Made by a program: the position numbers and the translations under genes
Origin: Armatimonadota bacterium
GTDB lineage: Bacteria > Sysuimicrobiota > Sysuimicrobiia > Sysuimicrobiales > Humicultoraceae
Reading direction: 5' to 3'
DNA: 13,168 bases
NCBI GenBank assembly: GCA_037446215.1
Contig: JBBIJB010000012.1
Coordinates: 35,150 to 48,317 of the forward strand
Shown: one piece after another, positions 5,890-11,688 of the stretch
How positions within the stretch are numbered: position 1 is the first letter of the stretch
Layout: each line of letters opens with the position of its first letter
The notes under the pieces: model-generated
Database searches by the model: none
Told to the model about the DNA's origin: nothing
What the model saw: the letters and a program-made list of their open reading frames with translations, nothing else

Positions 5890-8618
5890 TCCGCTTCTCC
5901 TCACCTGCCGTTCTAATGGGCCTTCTTCTGCTGCCGCTGGTCGCGGCGGCGGTGCGACGGAGGAGGGGAGTGCGTGCTCTAACCATCCTTCGGCTCTGCG
6001 CGATCTGCCTGCTCGTGCTGGGAGCGGCGGGGCTCGAGCTCCGCAGCGCCGCTTCAGACCTCACCGTGGTCGTGGCGGCCGACAGGTCCGACAGCATCGG
6101 GCCCGAGGGGGCGCGGGCGATCAGGGCGTTTCTCGACGATGCCCGGTCATTGGCCGGGCCAGGGCGCAGGCTGGGTTTGGTCGCCTTCGGGGGAGACGCG
6201 GTGCTGGAGGAGGTTCCCAACTCCTCGCCCCGGCTGGCGCTGGCCTCGCTGCCCCGGCGCGACAGGACGAATCTGGCCGCGGCCATCCGCGCCGCCGGGG
6301 AGGCGATCCCTGTGGGCGCTACCGGCCGCATAGTGTTGTTGACCGACGGACAGGCCAATACAGGTGAGCTGACCCCGGAGCTGGCAAGGGTCAGGGCACG
6401 TGGAATCGAGATAGCCGTCCGGCCCATCGGGGCCGAGCAGGTCCCCGACGTGCTCGTGGAGGAGGTGGCGATGCCCGCCCGTGTCTCGGTGGGCGAACGT
6501 CTGCCGGTAGCCGTCCTCCTGAGGGCGAATGTGGCGTCGGAGGTCTCCGTACGCGTACGGGCCAACAGGGCCCTGATCCACAGCCAGGAGATGGTCCTGG
6601 GCCCGGGCCGGACCGTTCTCGACCTGGAGCCGGTCGCCACACAGCCAGGCCTGCTCAGGGTGGAGGCCACGGTTGAGGCCGCGCAAGACACGGAGCCGGG
6701 CAACAACCGCGCGTTCGCGCTGGGGATGGTGGAGGGGCCGCCCCACGTGCTCTACATCGGCGTGCCTCCCGGTCCCCTTGCGGGTCTCCTGGAGGCGCAG
6801 GGGCTGGTCGTGCGGCGGCTGGCGCCGGCAGAGCTCCCTGCGTCGGTGGCGGCCTACCAGGGCGTCGCCGCTGTCGTGCTCGACGATGTGCCTGCCTACC
6901 AACTAAGCCCGAGCCAGATGACCGCGCTGCGCGACCACGTGCGCGCAGTCGGCGGGGGCCTGCTGGCTGTGGGAGGGTCGCACAGCTTCGGCATTGGCGG
7001 CTACGCACGGACTCCGCTGGAGGAGATGCTGCCGCTGGGCATGGATGTCCGGCACAGGATGGCCATGCCGTCGATGGCGGTGGTCATCGTCCTCGACGCC
7101 TCGGGCAGCATGGGCAGCTACGGCGGCGAGTTGGCCAAGGTCGAGCTGGCGAAAGAGACCGCCCAGTCGGTCATCGACCTGCTCGGAGAGAGCGACCTCA
7201 TAGGGGTCCTCGCCTTCGATCAGCAACCGCGGTGGCTGTGGCGCGTCGGGCCGGCTTCGGCCCGCGGCGCCATACTGGAGGCTGTCGGAAGGATCCGGGC
7301 AGGCGGCGGCACCAACATGCACCCCGCCCTGGCTGCGGCCCATGAGGCCCTCAGGCAGGTCGAGGCAAGGGTCAAGCACGTGATCGTCCTGTCAGACGGG
7401 CAGACCGACCCCGGTGACTTCCGCACGCTGGCCACCGGCATGGCCGCGCAGAAGGTCACGGTGAGCACCGTGGCGATCGGCAAGGACGCGGACTTGGAGA
7501 TAATGCGCAGTGTCGCGGCTTGGGGCGGCGGGCGCGCCTACTTCGCCCGGGATCTCTACGGCATCCCGAACATCGTCGCCGCCGAGGCGCTGCTGGCCTC
7601 ACGCGCCTACGTGGTCGAGGAGCGGTTCGCGCCGAGGGCAACCGGCTCCTCGGAGATACTGACCGACCTGCTGCCGATACCCGAGCTTCGAGGGTACCTT
7701 GCGGCCACGCCCAAGCCGGCGGCCGACGTGCTGATCTCCTCTCACAGGGAGGACCCGGTGGCCGCGGTCTGGAGGTACGGCCTGGGCCGGTCTGCGGCGG
7801 TGACGACGGATGCGCGCTTCAGGTGGACGTCCCAGTGGGCTTCGTGGCCTCAGGCCGCGCGCTTCTGGTCACAGCTCGTGCGCTGGGTGGTCTCCCGAGA
7901 GGTAGGGGCGATCGACGCCGCGGTCGAGGTGACATCCGAAGGGCTGCGCGTGGTGGCCGATGCGCGATCGCCCGATGGTGAGCCCGTGGTCGGATGGACG
8001 GCGCGGGCCGTGGTCATCGGGGACGAGGGCGAGGTCGCGTCATCCACGCTGCATCAGACGCGCCCGGGGTGGTACGAGGCCGTCCTTCCCAGGCCCGCCA
8101 CCGGCGCGTACCTGGTTCGCGTCTTTGCCAGCGAGGGAGAGCGACCGGTGGGCCGCGCGGACCTTCCCGTGGCGATCCCCTACTCGCCGGAGCTGCGTGC
8201 CGTCGGGCTTAATCGGGCGGTGATCTCGCAGTTGGTGGAGGCCGCCGGGGCGCGCGTGGTGTCGACGGCCGCGGAGGCGCTCGCGCCCCACTCGGCGCCT
8301 GCCGCCCGGTATGTCGGCCTGTGGCATCTGCTGGCCGGAGCTGCGCTCGCGGGCTTCACCTTGGAGATCGCGCTCCGGAGGGTCCCGGCACTAGGCTATC
8401 AACTCGGCCGGATCGCCGCCGCCGTCGCCGGCCCCGGCCGCCGCAGGCTCCCGCCCGAGGAGGCGGCCGCGGAGGCCGAGTACGCGGCGGCCGATCAGTG
8501 GCGGGTCGAGTCGCCCGAGGAGGCGGCTGCCCGCGCCGCCTCGATGGCGGCCGCGGCCAGGATCTACATCGCGCGCCTGCGCAGGTCGCGGGGCCATGAA
8601 GAGGAGGAGAGACAGTGA
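5886..8618 (+). CDS. Membrane protein with two vWA domains, Ig-like domain(s) and a glutamine-amidotransferase-like domain
   Basis: ATG 5886 in an ATGA overlap with the upstream stop, giving 910 aa. N-terminal TM hairpin. vWA1: ADRSDS (6081-6095 for DRSDS), RTNL, LLTDG. Ig-like segment ending DTEPGNN. GATase-like GGGLLAVGGSHSFGIGGY..TPLEEMLP. vWA2: LDASGSM (7095-7109 for DASGS), GGGTN, LSDG. Then WRYGLGRSAAVTTD...W..W...FWSQLVRW and a C-terminal TM. Confidence 0.88.
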   Translation: MIRFSSPAVLMGLLLLPLVAAAVRRRRGVRALTILRLCAICLLVLGAAGLELRSAASDLTVVVAADRSDSIGPEGARAIRAFLDDARSLAGPGRRLGLVAFGGDAVLEEVPNSSPRLALASLPRRDRTNLAAAIRAAGEAIPVGATGRIVLLTDGQANTGELTPELARVRARGIEIAVRPIGAEQVPDVLVEEVAMPARVSVGERLPVAVLLRANVASEVSVRVRANRALIHSQEMVLGPGRTVLDLEPVATQPGLLRVEATVEAAQDTEPGNNRAFALGMVEGPPHVLYIGVPPGPLAGLLEAQGLVVRRLAPAELPASVAAYQGVAAVVLDDVPAYQLSPSQMTALRDHVRAVGGGLLAVGGSHSFGIGGYARTPLEEMLPLGMDVRHRMAMPSMAVVIVLDASGSMGSYGGELAKVELAKETAQSVIDLLGESDLIGVLAFDQQPRWLWRVGPASARGAILEAVGRIRAGGGTNMHPALAAAHEALRQVEARVKHVIVLSDGQTDPGDFRTLATGMAAQKVTVSTVAIGKDADLEIMRSVAAWGGGRAYFARDLYGIPNIVAAEALLASRAYVVEERFAPRATGSSEILTDLLPIPELRGYLAATPKPAADVLISSHREDPVAAVWRYGLGRSAAVTTDARFRWTSQWASWPQAARFWSQLVRWVVSREVGAIDAAVEVTSEGLRVVADARSPDGEPVVGWTARAVVIGDEGEVASSTLHQTRPGWYEAVLPRPATGAYLVRVFASEGERPVGRADLPVAIPYSPELRAVGLNRAVISQLVEAAGARVVSTAAEALAPHSAPAARYVGLWHLLAGAALAGFTLEIALRRVPALGYQLGRIAAAVAGPGRRRLPPEEAAAEAEYAAADQWRVESPEEAAARAASMAAAARIYIARLRRSRGHEEEERQ
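8452..8527 (+). repeat. 16-bp direct repeat CGCCCGAGGAGGCGGC x2 (8452-8467 and 8512-8527), in frame, encoding PEEAA twice
   Basis: Read directly from the sequence. The copies are 60 nt (20 codons) apart in the C-terminal tail of the vWA-GATase gene. Confidence 0.7.
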
Positions 8619-9397
8619 CCGTTTCCCTAGCGGCGACCCTGCTCGGCGACGCGCGGCACGCCGTGGCGTTCACAGGCGCCGGCATCAGCACCGAGTCCGG
8701 GATTCCGGACTTCCGGTCCCGGGGAGGAGTGTGGGCGGGGGTCGATCCCTTCAAGGTGGCCTCTCGGAGCGCCTTCAATCGAGACCCCGGGGCGTTCTAC
8801 GACTTCTACTCCAGGAGGCTGTCCACACTCTCGGCCGCCGCTCCAAACCGGGCTCACCTCGCGATGGCCGAGATGGAGCGCCGGGGGGTGCTCAGGGCCG
8901 TCCTGACCCAGAACATCGACGGGCTGCACCAGGCAGCGGGGTCCGTGAGCGTCGTCGAGCTGCACGGCAACCTCCGGGAGTCGCGCTGCAGCTCCTGCGG
9001 CAGAGTGGACACGATAGAGCCCATCCGCTCCGCGCTGGCAGGCGGCAGTCTGCCGTCCTGTGAGCGCTGCGCCGGGCTGCTCTCCCCCAACGTAGTGCTC
9101 TTCGAGGACCCGCTGCCCGAGCGCGCCCTGGCCGATGCCAAGCGTGCGGCCCGGTCGAGCGACGTGATGCTTGCCGTGGGATCGTCGCTCCTGGTGACGC
9201 CTGCCTGCTACCTGTTGGACGAGGCGCTGGGGTCGGGCGGGCGGCTCATAATCGTGAACCGAGAGCCTACGCCCTACGATCCGCTGGCGGCGGTCGTCCT
9301 GCGGGGAGAGGCCGGGGCAGTGCTGCGGCAGATAGTGAGCGAGCTACGGCTTGCCCCTCGGATGGGGGAGGATGCATCGCCGCCGGCGCCGAACTAG
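8615..9397 (+). CDS. cobB: NAD-dependent protein deacylase, Sir2/sirtuin family
   Basis: GTG in a GTGA overlap with GAGGAGG SD at 8601-8607. Motifs GAGISTESGIPDFRS, TQNIDGLHQAAG, catalytic ELHG, zinc ligands CSSC/CERC, PNVVLFED, GSSLLVTPA and IVN. Confidence 0.95.
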   Translation: MTVSLAATLLGDARHAVAFTGAGISTESGIPDFRSRGGVWAGVDPFKVASRSAFNRDPGAFYDFYSRRLSTLSAAAPNRAHLAMAEMERRGVLRAVLTQNIDGLHQAAGSVSVVELHGNLRESRCSSCGRVDTIEPIRSALAGGSLPSCERCAGLLSPNVVLFEDPLPERALADAKRAARSSDVMLAVGSSLLVTPACYLLDEALGSGGRLIIVNREPTPYDPLAAVVLRGEAGAVLRQIVSELRLAPRMGEDASPPAPN

Positions 9398-9405
9398 CCG
9401 TCAGG

Positions 9406-9426
9406 CGGCCCGGCGGTGCCGGGCCG
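9406..9426 (+). terminator. Intergenic GC-rich hairpin (possible weak terminator or mRNA-stabilising stem)
   Basis: CGGCCCGGC-GGT-GCCGGGCCG is a perfect 9-bp inverted repeat 8 nt after the sirtuin stop. There is no clear U-tract (followed by ATCTGCGTT). Confidence 0.35.
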
Positions 9427-9464
9427 ATCTGCGTTAGGGTACGGGGTGGCTCCGGGAGGGCGAG

Positions 9465-10262
9465 ATGGCGCGGGCGGAGATAGGCGTGATCGGAGGGTCG
9501 GGCTTCTACGAGCTCCTCGAAGGGGCGGAAGAGGTCAGCGTCGAGACCCCCTATGGTCCCCCCAGCGACGTCGTCACCGTGGGAGAGATCGCGGGCCGGA
9601 GCGTGGCCTTCATCCCCCGCCACGGGAGGAGACACCAGTGGCCTCCCCACGCGATCAACTACCGGGCGAACATCGACGCGCTCAAGCAGTTGGGCGTAGT
9701 GCGGGTCATCGGGCCGACGGCCGCCGGAAGCCTTCAGCCTCACATCCGCCCCGGGGAGTTCGTGGTGTGCGATCAGATCGTCGACCGGACGAGCGGGAGG
9801 CGGGACACCTTCTTCGACGGTCCCCAGACCGTGCACGTCTCTGCGGCCGATCCCTACTGCCCACAGCTCCGCCAGGTGGCCTGGGAGGTCCTCGAGGGAC
9901 TGGAGCTGCCGGCGCATCGCAGCGGAACCGTCGTGGTCATACAGGGACCCAGATTCTCGACGCGGGCCGAGAGCCGGTGGTTCCGAGGAGCCGGGTGGGA
10001 GGTCATAAACATGACCCAGTACCCCGAGGCCATCCTGGCGCGCGAAGCCGAGATGTGCTATGTCAATGTGTCGCTGATCACCGACTACGACGTTGGTGTC
10101 GAGGGCGACTTGAACGCCAAGCCGGTGAGCGCGGAGGAGGTCTTGCGGAACTTCCGCGCCAACCTGGGTCGACTGCGCGGGCTCATCGCCGCGGTGGTCG
10201 CCGGGATTCCGCAGGAGAGGAGCTGCGGGTGCGGCTCGGCCCTTAGCGGAGCGCACTCGTAG
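9465..10262 (+). CDS. mtnP: S-methyl-5'-thioadenosine phosphorylase
   Basis: GGGAGGG SD. Motifs IGVIGGSG, ETPYG.PS, PRHG, INYRANI.AL, QGPRFSTRAES, NMT..PEAILARE and TDYD (the di-aspartate typical of MTAP). Confidence 0.94.
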   Translation: MARAEIGVIGGSGFYELLEGAEEVSVETPYGPPSDVVTVGEIAGRSVAFIPRHGRRHQWPPHAINYRANIDALKQLGVVRVIGPTAAGSLQPHIRPGEFVVCDQIVDRTSGRRDTFFDGPQTVHVSAADPYCPQLRQVAWEVLEGLELPAHRSGTVVVIQGPRFSTRAESRWFRGAGWEVINMTQYPEAILAREAEMCYVNVSLITDYDVGVEGDLNAKPVSAEEVLRNFRANLGRLRGLIAAVVAGIPQERSCGCGSALSGAHS

Positions 10263-10297
10263 CGCGGGCGGCCCCAAGAAGAGGCAGGAGGGTGGAG

Positions 10298-10588
10298 ATG
10301 CAGATGCCGCGATCTACAGATGATTCGGCAGCCAGATGGATGGGCCTGGCGGTCTTCCTCTGCGGGATAGGGCTGCTCGCCCTGGTGTTTGTTCTGGCCT
10401 ACAACGACCTGCTGGGGGCGGGCGTCCTGGGCCAGCTTGCGGGGCCGGCGCCCGCGGTGGATGCCGCCGCCGCGCTGAGGGCGCTGGCCGTCAAGGGGGT
10501 CCTGCTGTTCCTTATGGCCTACGTCGGATCTGCCATCGCCCTGCGGGGGATCGGCCTCTACGCCGCCTCGAGGGCGGTTGAGCCCTAG
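10298..10588 (+). CDS. Small hypothetical membrane protein (2 TM helices)
   Basis: AGGAGG at 10286-10291, 6 nt before ATG 10298; GTG 10292 and ATG 10304 are alternative starts. Two hydrophobic stretches (MGLAVFLCGIGLLALVFVLAY; GVLLFLMAYVGSAIALRGIGLY). Fills the mtnP-ltaE gap co-directionally. Confidence 0.75.
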   Translation: MQMPRSTDDSAARWMGLAVFLCGIGLLALVFVLAYNDLLGAGVLGQLAGPAPAVDAAAALRALAVKGVLLFLMAYVGSAIALRGIGLYAASRAVEP

Positions 10589-10637
10589 GGAGGACGCGGG
10601 CGGATCCACCGCCCGGGCTGGAGATGGAGGCGAGCAG

Positions 10638-11672
10638 TTGATTGACCTGAGAAGCGATACGGTTACGCTGCCTACCGACGCGATGCGCGAGGCGATGGCC
10701 AGGGCCGAGGTCGGCGACGACGTCTATGGGGAGGACCCCACCATCAACGCTCTCGAGGCGATGGCCGCGGAGCGGGTGGGCAAGGAAGCAGCGCTGTACG
10801 TGCCCACCGGCACCATGGCGAACCTGGTGGCGGTGATGGCGCACACCCAGAGGGGTGACGAGGTTCTTCTCGACGACGAGGCTCACATCGTCCACTACGA
10901 GGCAGGCTCTGTTTCGGCGGTCGCCGGGGCCTTCCCACGGATCCTCCCCACCGAGAGGGGATGGATCGAGGCCGGGCAACTGGAAGCCGCCCTGCGCCCG
11001 CCCAACATCCATCATCCACCCACCCGGCTGGTCGCCCTGGAGAGCACTCACAACCGGCACGGGGGTGTGGTCATTCCCCTCGAGGCGATCGAGGGGCTGG
11101 CCGAGGTGGCCCACAGGAACGGAATCCGCGTCCACCTCGATGGCGCGCGGATCTTCAACGCGGCGGTTGCGCTGGGCGTACCGGCGGCGAGGGTTGCCGC
11201 CCCGGTGGATTCGGTGGCCTTCTGCCTCTCGAAGGCCCTCTCCGCACCGGTCGGCTCCCTGCTTTGCGGCGACCGGGCCTTCGTCGAGCGAGCCAGATGG
11301 TGCCGCAAGATGGTTGGCGGAGGCATGCGGCAGGCAGGGGTGGTGGCGGCCGCCGGGATAGTCGCGCTGGATCAGATGGTCGAGCGGCTCGCGGAGGACC
11401 ACGCGCTCGCCAGGTCACTGGCCGAAGCGCTCTCCGGTATCCCCGGGATCTCGATCGACATGTCGCGCGTCCAGACGAACATCGTCCGCCTCGATCTGGT
11501 GGATCACGAAGCGCCCGCGGTCGCCAAGGAGTTGCGGTCTCGCGGTGTCCTGGCAGGTGTTGTCGGCCCCCGCAGGATGCGCCTGGTCACGAACAGGCAC
11601 GTCTCGTCGGCCGACCTGCCCGCCGTGGTCGAGGCATTCCGCCACGCGCTGGGTGAGGGCGGCGGGGGCTAG
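10638..11672 (+). CDS. ltaE: Low-specificity L-threonine aldolase (PLP-dependent)
   Basis: TTG 10638 with GGAGG 7 nt upstream gives the canonical start MIDLRSDTVT. Also GDDVYGEDP, PTGTMAN, HYEAG, HLDGARIFNA, PLP lysine in CLSKALSAPVGS, and GGGMRQAG. Confidence 0.93.
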   Translation: MIDLRSDTVTLPTDAMREAMARAEVGDDVYGEDPTINALEAMAAERVGKEAALYVPTGTMANLVAVMAHTQRGDEVLLDDEAHIVHYEAGSVSAVAGAFPRILPTERGWIEAGQLEAALRPPNIHHPPTRLVALESTHNRHGGVVIPLEAIEGLAEVAHRNGIRVHLDGARIFNAAVALGVPAARVAAPVDSVAFCLSKALSAPVGSLLCGDRAFVERARWCRKMVGGGMRQAGVVAAAGIVALDQMVERLAEDHALARSLAEALSGIPGISIDMSRVQTNIVRLDLVDHEAPAVAKELRSRGVLAGVVGPRRMRLVTNRHVSSADLPAVVEAFRHALGEGGGG

Positions 11673-11688
11673 AACCCCGGCTAGAACC
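11667..11688. repeat. 10-bp direct repeat GGCTAGAACC x2 (period 12) at the convergent ltaE/mlaD junction
   Basis: Copies lie at 11667-11676 and 11679-11688. The first supplies the ltaE TAG and the second supplies the mlaD TAG on the - strand. Confidence 0.7.

Noticed and set aside
2161..8618. Locus as RavA-ViaA, CoxDE, NorQD/CbbQO, Mg/Co-chelatase or a MoxR-vWA ternary conflict system
   Set aside because: The ATPase has MoxR-proper signatures and a DUF58 partner. No cox, nor, cbb, chelatase or effector-domain genes are in the window.
8615..9397. Sirtuin as an anti-phage NADase (Thoeris/DSR/Sir2-HerA type)
   Set aside because: It is a stand-alone 260-aa canonical deacylase with a Zn-binding module and no fused or adjacent TIR, pAgo, HerA or STAND partner.
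8615..10262. Sirtuin + MTAP as a dedicated NAD/nicotinamide-riboside salvage pair
   Set aside because: MTAP has the standard TDYD signature, a hairpin separates the genes, and there is no pncA/pncB/nadD nearby. Adjacency alone is insufficient.
734..11402. Long minus-strand ORFs (e.g. 888-2411, 1963-2871, 5252-6706, 9267-10277, 10512-11402)
   Set aside because: They are antisense shadows of well-supported + strand genes, expected at high GC, and have no recognisable motifs.
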